A stretch of 64,000 nucleotides of DNA from NCBI RefSeq assembly GCF_009914755.1, contig NC_060936.1; one strand, 5' to 3'. Origin of the DNA: the human T2T-CHM13v2.0 reference genome, Homo sapiens. A program made the translations under genes and the position numbers. Numbering within the stretch: the stretch's first letter is position 1; each line of letters starts with the position of its first letter. The notes beneath the pieces are model-generated. The model saw only the letters and a program-made list of their open reading frames with translations, made no database searches and was not told the DNA's origin. Positions 43,685 to 57,968 of the stretch are shown one piece after another.

Positions 43685-43965
43685 CAGGGTCTTGCTCTGT
43701 TGCCCAGGCTGGAGTGCAGTGGTGCGATCATGACTCACTGTAACCTCGACCTCCCAGGCTCAGGCAGTCTTCCCATTTCAGCCTCCTGAGTAGCTGGGAC
43801 TACAGGTGCAAGCCAGCATGCTTGGCTATTTTATTTTGTATTTTTTGAAGAAACAGGGTCTCCCTTTGTTGCCCCAGCTGATCTTGAACTCCTGGGCTCA
43901 AGATATCTGTCTGCCTTGGCTGCCTGAATTGCTGAGATTACAGATGTGAGTCACTGCGCTGGGCT
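43680..43965 (-). mobile_element. AluJ-like element
   Basis: Antisense dimer with CTCCTGGGCTCAAG J motif. Confidence 0.88.
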
Positions 43966-44051
43966 CAGTGTATTTTTTAAACCTGGTCCAAATTGGTGAA
44001 TACATGTTCTATGGTTCTTAGGGAACGTTCCTGTGGTTTAAAAGGTTTTAT

Positions 44052-44370
44052 AGCTGGGCATGGTGGCACGTGTTTGTAGTCCCAGCCACTCAGGAGGCTA
44101 AGGTGGGAGGATCACTTGAGCTGAGGAGTTCGAGACCAGTCTAGGCAACATAGTGAGACTCCATCTCTACAAAACCAAAAAACATATATGTTAGCCAGGT
44201 GCGGGGTGTGCGCCTGTGGTGCCAGCTGCTAGGGAGGCCGAGATGGGAGCATCGCTTGAGCCTGAGAGGTTGAGGCTACAGTGAGCTATGATTGTGCCAC
44301 TGCTCTCCAGCCTAGGCTATGGAGCAAGACCCTGTCTCAGAAAAAAACCAAAACAATAATAATAAATAAA
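44052..44370 (+). mobile_element. AluJ-like element
   Basis: Full dimer with J-type motifs. Confidence 0.85.
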
Positions 44371-45306
44371 TACAGGGTTTTCCTGATAAGATGGTATTTG
44401 AGGTTATGATTAAAAAATATTTCAGTCTTACATTTTTTCAAATGTTGCATTACTTTCCACAAATTTTTCAAATGGTATAGATGAGGAGAAACAAAACATT
44501 GTCTTGATACCAGAGAAAGCAATTTACCGATAGGTTTTCAGTCATGCTTACCCTGGAAAAACAAGCTTATTACACAAGTTTATTCTTTAGAGTAGTGGCT
44601 CGTGTGCAACTAGAAAATGGAATCACTGCTCAGTAAATTAATGTAAATCCTTTAGTACTGGCTTCCTCCAGCACTCTTTGGACTCCAGAAGTCAGTCTTC
44701 CTTCTAAGATTGGCTCTGGGCACAGCTGTAAAGCGGATGATGTTTCGACCAAACCCCAGCACTTGGTTCCAGTCCCTTCCCTTGGGTCTTCCTTCCCCTT
44801 TCACTTCTCTAATGGACTTAATGTCTAGCATAGCTCCCCTAGCAAGAGCAGGATTTGTCTTGATGTGCCACGTACTTATTTCCAGATTTCCCTTGATCCC
44901 TTGGTAATTTGGGCTAGTTTCTCTTCCCCTGCGTCGGCACCAACGTTTGACTCCATGGTTGTGAAATTGAAGAAGTCGTGATAAGCTTCAATGCTTGGGG
45001 CCAGGCCAGAAGTGGTGGGAGGCAAACTGGTAGAATTCACCTTTTACTTTTTATTTTTAGGTGATTTGGTTTATGGCACCTGATCCCTTATCTCCTCTAA
45101 CTCTGCATTTTGGTTCTCTTGGTATAAGCCTTATCTTCAAGGTTTCTTCCCCATTTATAGTAGATTAAGGGGTACTCTTGTTGCCCCTAAGTTGCTTCTC
45201 TCCCATTTTCCAGTTTTTAGTGCGTTGGCTTGTGGGCGTCTGGGCATTGCTTCCTGAATTGTGCCCTCCACCCCAGGAGGCTATTATTTAGCAGTGGATT
45301 ATTACT

Positions 45307-45683
<377 letters not shown>

Positions 45684-46475
45684 TTATGTTTAAACTGAGT
45701 TTGTAGAGATGTTTGGACCAATTAACTCCCAAAGAGTGTGATCAAGTGCAGCAGGACAGTTTGACCTCTTTTCTAGTTTCAGCCACCGTGAATTGGCCTT
45801 GTCTTCACTTTGTTTATCTCCTCCAGCACAGAATAATTCAATCTCCAGGCCCTGATCTCTGAGGGAAGATTCTAGAGGGTGAAGTCATCTCATTCCTTGC
45901 TCTTACTGATCTGCATTAGGACTGACTGCAGAAACTAGGGCCTTGCTGCCTCCTTCTGAAGACCTTCTGGGCCCTATCACTGGCTGCTATTCTCACAAGG
46001 CTGGGGAGGGTGTGGCTCTGTGTTCTGCTCTCCCTCCCCATTTCTTTCTCTGGTTTGGGGGACAAATTTTGCAGTCCATCAGCAATCACGGCTGCAGAGC
46101 ATGCAGTGGTCACTGCCCTACAACTGGAGCTGTAGTGACCAGAAAAGAAAATAATCACATCCTTGGTGAAGAACGGAGTGGCTCATCCAGGAGCTTATGT
46201 GGCTGTGGATGTTCTGGCCTGAGCATGGCCATTTCCAGCAAGACATTCTGGATCCTCAGGGCTGAAGAAGGACCAGACACTATTTTTGTAACTTCTGAAA
46301 CCTAATAGAAATCTATGTGTGCCTACAGTGATGTGTACCTGTAAATGTAAAATTTATTTGCCTTTGATTTGAATGACATAAGCTACCTGTGGGCACCTCA
46401 GTTCCCCCATGCCCATCAGAAGCTCCTTTTGGCACTTACATGTGTAAGAAAATATTGACAAGTGAATTATTACAA

Positions 46476-47143
<668 letters not shown>

Positions 47144-47922
47144 TAAAATGGTTTGCAGATGGGGCAGCCCTGTTGTTTGGATAGCTGGGGCATTATTCAA
47201 CACTTGAGAAATTGAGAACAAGGATTCAAATCCCAAAGACTTAAAGTTTCTTGTAAAAGTGTTGAGTGATAAAATAAATTTAACATCCCAGTTTTGAACA
47301 GCCACTTCTCTTACCAAAAAAACGACCTTTAGGGAAATGAGTCCCCCCACCAGAAGGTGTGCTTTTTAGACTTTTTAGACTATGGAGCCTAAAAACCTAA
47401 TAACCTGAGGCAATCGCATTGGCCTGTCAGGAGCTTTGGCTTAACATGTCTGGGCCTTCCTTTTACCAGGGGTCTTTATTGCTGTGTATTGACCCATTTT
47501 TCTTCCTTACGCTAAAGCTTGTGCAGGTGGGGCAGGACCACACCACCCCAACAGGTAGGATGCTGTGTCCCTTTGAACACTGGCAGGACAGCATTTGGTT
47601 CTCTCCCCAGGCAGCTCAACACAAGGGCTTGGACCTATCCTTCCGCAGGAAGAGTTGGTTTAGACCAACCACCGCTTTCTGATTTAACCTTAGTCTGGAC
47701 CTGGTTGTCCAGATGAATAGATTCTAATGTAACTGCTCATCAGAACAACCTTTGTACCTGCATAAAAATGACTTATGTGGCAATTTGACAAGATCTGCGA
47801 AGATTGATGGTCCCTGGCAGCAGTTAGAGGTTGTTTCTCATGCTGATGAAACAGACTAGGACTCTTCTACAATCTTGTTTCTGACTTTTCTTGAGTGGGA
47901 TGATAAAAATTGGAGAGCTCCT

Positions 47923-48617
<695 letters not shown>

Positions 48618-49266
48618 CTATGATTTAGCTTCGTAAGTTCGGTCATGCTACTCAGTTTTTTCATTTTTAAAATGTGAGTAGTACTGGTCTTGCAAGATTG
48701 TATAAGGATTAAATGAACTAATATAATAGGATTAGCAAAGTGCCTAGTATAGTTACACAATCAGGTTGAGAGATGGGATGATGGTCAAAGCTTTTGCAAA
48801 AGCAGTATGGAGGTGAATCGCCCACTTTAGGAGAAGCCACTACGTTGGTCTTTCACAGGAAGTGTTTTTGACTTTTACATCTTTCTACCTGAGAAGCAGA
48901 GTGGTGAATGAGAATGTGGAGCATGGCTTTGGTGCCAGATGGATGGGGTATGGATGTTGGTCATGCTTGTTAGTCTTGTATGTTTATGAATTACATGGCT
49001 TTCTGCACCTGGTTCCTCAGGCCTAGGCCCTCAGAGCTGTTGTGAGGAATAGCATGGATGCACGTGCAGTGTCCTGCACTGTGCCTGACACACAGGAGAG
49101 ACTCATGAATGACACCATTATACCCACGGAGTCCTGGTCTCTAGTCCTAGTGTTGTAGAATAACTGTTTGTGGAAGGAATGGATGAAGTGACAGTCTTAT
49201 ACATGGGAGTGAGTATGCAAAGACAGGCTTTACAACTTACTGGAAGGTTTAAAAGAGTGGATATCT

Positions 49267-49561
49267 GGCCGGGCGGGGTGGCTCAGCCTGTAATCCCAGC
49301 ACTTTGGGAGGCCGAGGTGGGAGGATCACGAGGTCAGGAGATCAAGACCATCCTGGCCAACATGTTGAAACCTCGTCTCTACTAAAAATACAAAAATTAG
49401 CTGAGCATGGTGGCACGGGCCTGGAATCCCAGCTACTCGGGAGGCTGAGGCAGGAGAATCACTTGAACCAGGGAGTCAGAGGTTGCAGGGAGCCGAGATT
49501 GTGCCACTGCACTCCAGGCTGGTGACAGAGCAAGACTCTGTCTTAATTAAAAAAAAAAAAA
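49267..49561 (+). mobile_element. AluSc-like element
   Basis: Full dimer with TSD AAAAGAGTGGA(T/C)ATCT. Confidence 0.9.
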
Positions 49562-50657
49562 GAGTGGACATCTTATAAGTCTTTATAGGTAGTATTTTTT
49601 TTAAGATTTGGCATTATATCTGAAGCTTAATTTATTATCCAATAAATATGGCAACTACATTATCATTTCCTGCCAGTTATACATGTAAGGTTGTTGATTA
49701 ATTTTATAATGGAGAACACAGATTGAGTTTTAAGATATTGAGTAATTTAACAGGAGAAAGTAAATGACTATTTTCTTACATTTGGGAAAGTGAAAATATA
49801 TTTTAAAACCTTGAATATATCCTTAAGCACAGTTAAGCAAAAGGGGAAAGAATTAAAATAAACGGATATGTAAATGGATGTGAAAAGAATAGTCATGGCC
49901 GGAAATGTGTGTCATAAGCTACCAGTTATATACAGATTCAAGTGATTTCTTGAGAAAGTTAATCACTCAGGACCAAAGTAAACAGTTCTTATCAGAACTT
50001 ACCTTGAACGAGTTTGTCCTCATCATTTCTCCATTATCTATGCTAAAGGATTATAAATCCATTTTAATTAAAAGTAGTGAACAACTCTCTCTTATACCAC
50101 ATCAATAAGCATAACACCATTAGTATGACTTTGACACTTGAACTAAAAAAACAATCCAGCGTTAAGAGGTAAATGAAGCTGATAACCATCTAGTGAATTT
50201 AGGTTATATGCTCAGTTTGGATGAATTAGGTCTCAAGATGGATTTTGCACTCTCTTCCAGTATTAGCTGTTCATGGCCAGCGTTCACCAGATAATTATTA
50301 AATCTACACTTTCCTTCTTTATAGACTTGGACTTACTGGCTGTTGCAATAAAGCAAAAATCTCATGCACATATACAGTCACATTTGAAATATTCACAGCT
50401 TTTAAGTGGGTAAAATCATAGTTAGACAATCTCTGAATCAGAAGAGTCAATGACATTTAGATGTTTGCAGTCTGCTTTTTGCTCAACTGAAGCCCCTTAG
50501 TGTTACAAGTTGAATTCAGCCAGATACATTGGAATCTTGTTGAATTATTTTTTTTTTCTTTCAGAAAAGCAACTTATGTATGCCAACTAGTGCTTCAAGG
50601 AAAGTGTTCTGATTCTCTTAGAAATACGCCAAGGAATTCTGGTAGAATATGGACTCC

Positions 50658-50956
50658 TTTTTTTTTTTTTTTTTTTTTTGAGACCAAGTATCCCTCTGTT
50701 GCCCAAGCTGGAGTGTAATGGCGTGATCTCTGCTCACTGCAACCTCCACCTCCCGGGTTCAAGGATTCCTGTGCCTCAGCCTCTTGAGTAGCTGGGACTA
50801 CAGGCGTCACCATGCCTGGCTAATTTTTGTATTTTTAGTAGAGATGGGGTTTCAGCATGTTGGCCAAGCTGGTCTCGAACTCCTGACCTCAGGTGATCCG
50901 CCTGCCTCGGCCTCCCAAAGTGCTGGTATTACAGGCATGAGCCACCATGTCCAGCT
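50658..50956 (-). mobile_element. AluS-type element
   Basis: Antisense dimer. Confidence 0.9.
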
Positions 50957-51626
50957 TGGATTCCTCTTAATGCAAGGAGAGAAGCTGTGCATTTTAAAGT
51001 AGTGATCCCCTCTAAATGTATCCTTTTAAATATTTCTCCCTCTCTTTGCAGTAGATCATGTATGAAATGGCTCATGTTTTTAGATAAAAAAAAATCAAAT
51101 AGGCATTAACTCTTTTTGCACTGAAGAAGTCTTTCAGTACCTATAGTTGTGCCACTGAAGTGTCATAAGAGATCTAAAACCATGTATTAGGACTGGAAGA
51201 GACCTGAGGGGTCATCTGGTCAACCAGCTTATTTTACAAATGAGACACAGGCTGGCAGCTCGCCCACAGCCTGTCTGTCACACAGGGAGTGGGTGGTACA
51301 CACAAGACGATAACTCAGGCTTCTTTCCAATTTCAGCTGCCCTCAGTTTTCCATTTCATTTGGCAGTTGTGCATTTTGGCATTTGCTGGATTCACACATT
51401 TTGGTTTGTAGAAAATTACCAAGTTTTAACGTATGAATGATTGAGGTGAAGGCAGAATATTGTCACAGAAACACTTGATGGATAGTTTTGCTCCTCTACT
51501 TAAGTCTGATGGAAACATTTGAAATAAAATTGACTTCAACTCAGTAGTCCCTTTTTCTCATAACCAAAAATGAAGTCCCCGACTATGTAACCAAGTGTCT
51601 CATAGCAAATGTTTCTGACCTTTTAG

Positions 51627-51662
51627 AACAGAAGAATCCGTAACAGAAGATGACAAGAGGAG
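51627..51662 (+). CDS. C12orf75: C12orf75 coding exon 3, 36 nt (TEESVTEDDKRR)
   Basis: Branch-like CTGAC plus CTTTTAG acceptor; donor GAG|GTATGT; phase 2-2. Confidence 0.95.
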
Positions 51663-52401
51663 GTATGTTTGGTATTGCAGCTGGCTTTAGTTTGAATGGT
51701 TTTGGCCATACCTCATGGATTTAACACACTGTAGCATATTCCCAATAACACAGATTCTGCCAGGAAAACTGTTGGCACAGAGAATACAGGTAGGGGCATA
51801 TGGTCTGAAAAAGAACTTGCCCAGGATTCATCATCTTTGCTCCTTCCAAGCAAACTTGGTTTTTGTCCTATGCATGTGGTGTGTGCTAATTTTCATCCTA
51901 TGACCTTTGGGTGTGCTCTTCTCCCTAACTGGATGACTTCCCTTCATTCTCTCAGCCTTCCCTGTCCTCCTACTTCTCTGATTAACTGCACTCCACCCTC
52001 ATTTCTCTCTTGCTGTCTCTGCCCTCATTTTGTATCTCTCTATTAGTAAGATATCTTTGTGTGTCCATAATGCCTAATATCATACCATGTTGACCACTCT
52101 GAATTATTGATAAATGTTAACTGTAACATGTCACTGTATGATATTTAATACTCTAATAAATTGTAACATCCCAAAGTCTTTTCTTCTTTCTCATTACAAG
52201 TAAAATATCTAAAAATTCTACTAACGCAATACATCTTTCTTTTTTTTTAAAAAAATAGCTTCTTTTTAACCTAGGAAACCAATTATATTCCCAAGGGCCA
52301 TAATATTCTAGATTCTACTTTTGAAAAATCATGAGTTATTTTAATAATTATATAATTGTTTGGAGTACTCCGTGCTTCTGTTGCTTCCTGTAAATAGATA
52401 G

Positions 52402-52521
<120 letters not shown>

Positions 52522-53291
52522 TGAAATCATGTGCTGTTGATTTTCCCTAATTATTTATTTTTATGTTTTATGAAAAAGCATGAAATTTATATTTCAGCTT
52601 ACTCGACTCAACCTATGTATTGGTTGCAGTGAACCATGTATAAGTACTGTCTGTTCATTGCAGTCATTGGTTGAAATAGCCACCCACATGGTAAGAAGAA
52701 TTCCAGAGCATAATTTAGCTTTTATTTGTGGTTATGCTCCATATTTTTAATTTCTTGTTAATTTTAGCAATGATCAGTGTGAAAATGAAAGCTAATATTT
52801 ATGTAAGTTTATGGCATTTTCATAGAACAGAAAGGTAAATTTCTGTAATATAAGATGACTGACTGATAAGCAATCTGCTGTTTAAAGGAAAAATAATTGC
52901 CTATTGTATAATTAAATGAAATGAGGCTCCATTTTCTGAGTTTTAATAGTTAGCAATTATGGGGCCAATGAAGTCCTTTTGACTGATAGATATCTTCTTG
53001 CTCAAGGCAATTTTTAAGCGAGGCTCATGGTAAACAATGCTGATTTATAAAACCACTGTACAATGTATTGTCTGATGTATAGTTTTAAATGACTATTAAC
53101 ATGTTTGCTTTATACACAAGGCTGTATTACATTATTTTGAACATACTATATTTGTTCCTCATTGTTCTTTCTGTACTTTGTGATTTAGACTAGCAAATAC
53201 ATGTATGTCATTACTGTTTAATGTTCTATAGAAAATTAGAATATGCTATTTATAATCTGAACATTTAACTTTTCTTAATTTTCTCTTTAAG

Positions 53292-53296
53292 ATTAG
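53292..53296 (+). CDS. C12orf75: C12orf75 exon 5 coding part (completes Asn63, then TAG stop)
   Basis: Acceptor TTTTCTCTTTAAG|AT TAG completes a 192-nt CDS. Confidence 0.85.
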
Positions 53297-53329
53297 AAGA
53301 AAATAACATCATGACTCAAGAATCAAGAG
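53297..53329 (+). other. C12orf75: C12orf75 exon 5 3'UTR part
   Basis: Nearest donor is the weak GAG|GTGCTG; the junction agrees with my recollection of the mRNA but is not provable here. Confidence 0.65.
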
Positions 53330-55244
53330 GTGCTGTATATTTTTCTAAATAATTCTATATATTTAGACTTATTGATGAATGGACTGTAGATATTATTTGC
53401 TCTATAAAAAATTTCTAAGAAATCTTGAACTTTACAATTTAAAGGAGGGGTTTCATCCTATGGAATTGAGTGTGTTTTATTGCATAGAGGTGAATAATCA
53501 GATCAATTTTCTTTCAGCTACTTTTTTCATTTCATTTTGTTAAAAATGAATATTTATTTAATAAGAGCAAGCTAAGTGTCTCCCTAAAACATTGAGATCT
53601 CACCCTTCTTCATTGCAGAAATCTTTGAGGGCCTAGGACTTGAGAAATGACAGGGAGAGACCAGAGAGGCTAGAACTGGGGATTAGATTAGAATCGATTT
53701 TAAGTGGTATTAGCCAGTGGTTAATATACAGAGAGGAGATGTGTCAGTACCAGAACTCCAGTAGAGATGGGCAATCGGTCAATTAAGTCCCAAACACTTA
53801 ATATTGATTCTAATCTAACTGAACAGAGATGTAGTTATGCAGGAAGGAATAGTAAGAATCAGAGAATAAGTTAACAGATTGGTTTTACAAAACACGTTCA
53901 GTATGGACATGGCAAAGAGCTAGGAGTTAGAATTATAATAAGACAACAAGAACAACGACAGGAGAAAAATAGCTTTCATTTGTTAACTACCCTACATACC
54001 AGTCTTTAAAAGACATGGAGTAGCATTTCCATACAGACAAAGAATCTTAGTTCACTGGGTCCACCAAGGGTCCAACAACACATTCCATGCTGGGCTCTCC
54101 ACTGTATTTCACTCCTGGTGAATGACACCCAACCTCTTTTGAGGCCTCCAGTGATTAGGAACGTCCTATCTCCTGAGATAGCCTGTTCTATTCTGGAAGT
54201 CAGGTTGCCTTGGTTATGAATTCAGGCTCTCATTTACTAGCTGGGCACGTTCCTTCCCCTTTATGACCTCAGTTTTGTTATCTGAAAAATGGAGCCAATA
54301 CTTAGACTGAAGAGTTGTTGTTAGGATTAAATATGAAATAAATGTTAGCATCTGCTATCATCATCGTCATCACCACCATACTATTAATTTTTTTTGATAA
54401 CCAGAATCTAACCGTTGGCAGACCAAAAGCAAGACTGATTTGATACTGAACCAACTTCTTGCCCAGGGCCAGTACTGGATTTGCTATTTGGGATGGGGTG
54501 GGATTACAGACTAATTTCACAGGTAGAGACAAACAAACTTACCTGCTAGAGAAAGGAGACGCAGAAACTGTAACCAGTTTCTTCCTGACAAGAACTAGAA
54601 CAATCTGTGGGTAGCTACTTCTTTGAAGATTTGCTCATCAAGGCAACATTTTGGAGTTTTATCCCCTCGTACCCATGAACAGAGGGTATTCGGTTTCTTC
54701 TTGGGAGGTCACTGGAGAGTTTCTATTTCTAGTATTTTTAACATAGTTCTAGCCCTCCATATAGATTTCTGAGTTCTCCGCTAGTTTTCTCCTGTGCAGA
54801 AGTACTTTTATTATTTGTATCAAATAGAAAAGATAAGTTGAAACCAAGAATATACTGCTGTTTACCCTCCTGGAAACAGAATGTATTTCAAAAAGCATAG
54901 AAATAGAGTGGAAAGAGGTGCTGTCTACATAGCTATCAGGAGACTGGGCAGCTCTGCTACCAACACAGACCTAAGATGAATCCCTTAACTTCCCTCAGCT
55001 TGTCTCAACCACAGTTTTCTCATAGGAGTGTTAGACACGATGATTGCTCACCCTTGTGGGTGGATCTGAAGTTTGCCACTAACACTTTAGCATAATCCTG
55101 GTGAGCAAGCTCATATAATTTTAGGCAGCTAGCTAAAACATTTCTTACTGTTCATGGCTGTAAATTTATCGTATTTTATTGCACCCCTCTCTCTCCTCAA
55201 CTTTCCCCATTCTTTAACTCTTTCTTTTTTTTCTATTACCCTTA

Positions 55245-55533
55245 CATTTTATTTATTTTACTTATTTTTATTTTTATTTTACTTTAAGTTCTGGGATACA
55301 TGTGCTGAACGTGCAGGCTTGTTACATAGGTAAACATGTGCCATGGTGGTTTGCTGCACCTATCAACCCATCATCTAGGTTTTAAGCCGCACATGTATTA
55401 GGTATTTGTCCTAATGCTCTCCCTCCCCTTTCCCCCAACCCCTGAACAGGCCCCGCTGTGTGATGTTCCCCTCCCTGTGTCCATGTATTCTCATGGTTCA
55501 GCTCCCACTTATGAGTGAGAACATGCGATGTTT
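55245..55533 (-). mobile_element. L1PA 3'-end fragment
   Basis: TTTAAGTTCTGGGATACATGTGC...GTTACATAGGTAAACATGTGCCATGGTGG...CCCACTTATGAGTGAGAACATGCG. Confidence 0.9.
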
Positions 55534-57051
55534 AGCTGTCTCTAAACAATTAGTTTGATCCTGGTCTTTCTGTAGCCTCCTTTGAATTATCTGAAAAGTT
55601 TTCTAAGTTGATAGGCTGCCCATTTTCCTTAGATGCTAAGCATCCATTGTGGTCCTTACCTGTGACATGTCTGAACTCATGGCTTTCTAGGCCTTAGTTG
55701 TTGGGCAGAAACCCTGATGAGATGACTTTAGAAAAGAGATGTTTCATGGAAAGAATTGGAGACACTTTTGTTGTTGTTGTTGTTTGTTTGTTTTTTACCT
55801 AACATGTAGACTCTCTGAACTAAATGCACTCAGTGACCAAAGTTCAAAGTTGATTTGGTTTGGTTGATTTTGAAACAAATTGAGGAATGATTTCAGAATC
55901 CCTTAAAATTACTTATGTCAGGATGCAGATGTGTAGTTTCTTCTGCAGATGACCCTAGGCTGAAAGTTATGCCCACTTAGATGTGCAGACTACTTCCAGC
56001 ACAGAGGGGCTTAAGTGATGGTGCTCAGATGACAATGGATGGCCTGGCTGCATCAGAATCCCGTGGGGGAGTGCCATGTAATGTGGAGGCCTAGGCTCTC
56101 CCAGGAGGTTTGGACCAAGTGGGGAAGGGATGGAATTGTGACCGAACAGTCTCTATTTTTAATTTGGATGATGTTAATATACATGCAGCTAGGTTTGGGC
56201 ATTGCTTATCAAGATGTATTTTAATTGTAAGTTTGTAAGTCTCTTTTCCTACCCAACTTTGCCTCTTTATATAATTATCATCAATGCTTGGCTCTACACT
56301 GGCCACCTAAGTCTTAAATTAATATTGGGTGAATATTAAATAGGTGTTTTACTTAAAAGAAAGTAAATAACTTGTAGGCTTAAGGCTAATACATTTTTTA
56401 ACCTAAGTTGTACCTGTTTGCTCACTCTTTTCTCCTCTTCTGTTGTCTCCTTAGCTTGCTCATCAGTTTGGAAGGAATTTGGCTCCGTGGGACGTTGTAA
56501 TGTGCACAGACATTTCCAAGGAAATTCTAAACAGTCACCCTTCCCTTTTGCATTCCCCCAAATCTTAAGTGTATACATAAAACCCTGGGTACATATTGTT
56601 GTGGTAATAGAAGGGAATTGGTTAAACAGTACACTTGTTTATGGAACTTTCTGTGGCCACCTACGAAAGACAAGTTAACAAACTGTCATGGAGGCTGTTG
56701 TTGCCCAGCCAGGGCCGCTGCATTTTGACAACATTTCCACCCTGGCCACTCAGCACATTTCATGGAGGTCATGTCTTTTCACTGATACTTTTTTGATAGT
56801 TTTTATATAACAAAATCCTTATTCTATTTATAACTTAAGATGATAAGGCACTATAAATTAATGACCTAAAATAATATATTTGTCTGTTATCTTTTGCTAT
56901 TTCTACTTCACTTTAATTTTTAGCTGTAAAATTGGTAAATGGATTCTTACAACTATCTCTTTCCATTTCTTACTATTTGGTTTTCAAATTTCATTTAAAT
57001 GTCAGAATTTCCTTTTTTAGGAACAATGTGTATTTCATTGCACTATTTAAA

Positions 57052-57057
57052 AATAAA
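57052..57057 (+). terminator. Candidate proximal poly(A) signal AATAAA
   Basis: Canonical hexamer with a T-rich stretch downstream. Confidence 0.5.
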
Positions 57058-57314
57058 CTCAAATTTGCATGCCATATGCACATTTTGATTACATTTTTAT
57101 TTTCTTTCGTGAAAGGCATGTGCAACTACAAATACTTCACAGCTGTTTGGGTTGCTCATTCTACATCACGACAATCTCATCATATTATTTCTATAACTTT
57201 TCAAGGACTTGCGATGGATGGTTAGTGGGATATCTGGAAATTAATTTGATAATGACTTGTGTATCTACTTAGTATTGCAATGTAAGTTACTCAATTCACC
57301 AATGTATTTCAACA

Positions 57315-57320
57315 ATTAAA
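57315..57320 (+). terminator. Candidate distal poly(A) signal ATTAAA
   Basis: Variant hexamer with upstream TGTA motifs and T-rich downstream sequence. Confidence 0.55.
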
Positions 57321-57622
57321 ACATTTTTATCCCTCTTCACTTACATTTCTTAATTATTTTTCAAAAGAACACTTAAAGTCACACATGGCATTGTGATGTA
57401 TAGATACATTATATAAACATATGAAGATAATAATATATAAGTAGATTACTAAGAAAAACCAAAGTTTTTCATAGGAAGAAAGGCATTATCTTATATATTT
57501 GGTCTGTATGACAACCACAGGGACATCAAATTGATAAAAAATTTCAAAGCTAAGAATTACTAAGAAATTATCCTGATACACACATTCCTGTCTCATGTTC
57601 ATAAGTCCATAATGGTATTTAG

Positions 57623-57968
<346 letters not shown>

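Larger units (their letters stand above)
56455..57340 (+). other. C12orf75: C12orf75 terminal exon 6 (AU-rich 3'UTR); end approximate
   Basis: Strong acceptor CTCAC-TCTTTTCTCCTCTTCTGTTGTCTCCTTAG; repeat-free AU-rich body; poly(A) hexamers. Confidence 0.75.

Noticed and set aside
51627-51631. Second acceptor AG 5 nt into exon 3 (TAG|AACAG|)
   Set aside because: Its use frameshifts to TGA within 7 codons (NMD), and nothing in the sequence suggests more than splicing noise.
53294-53314. Stop-codon readthrough of C12orf75
   Set aside because: TAG-A is not a leaky context, and an in-frame TGA follows after 5 codons.
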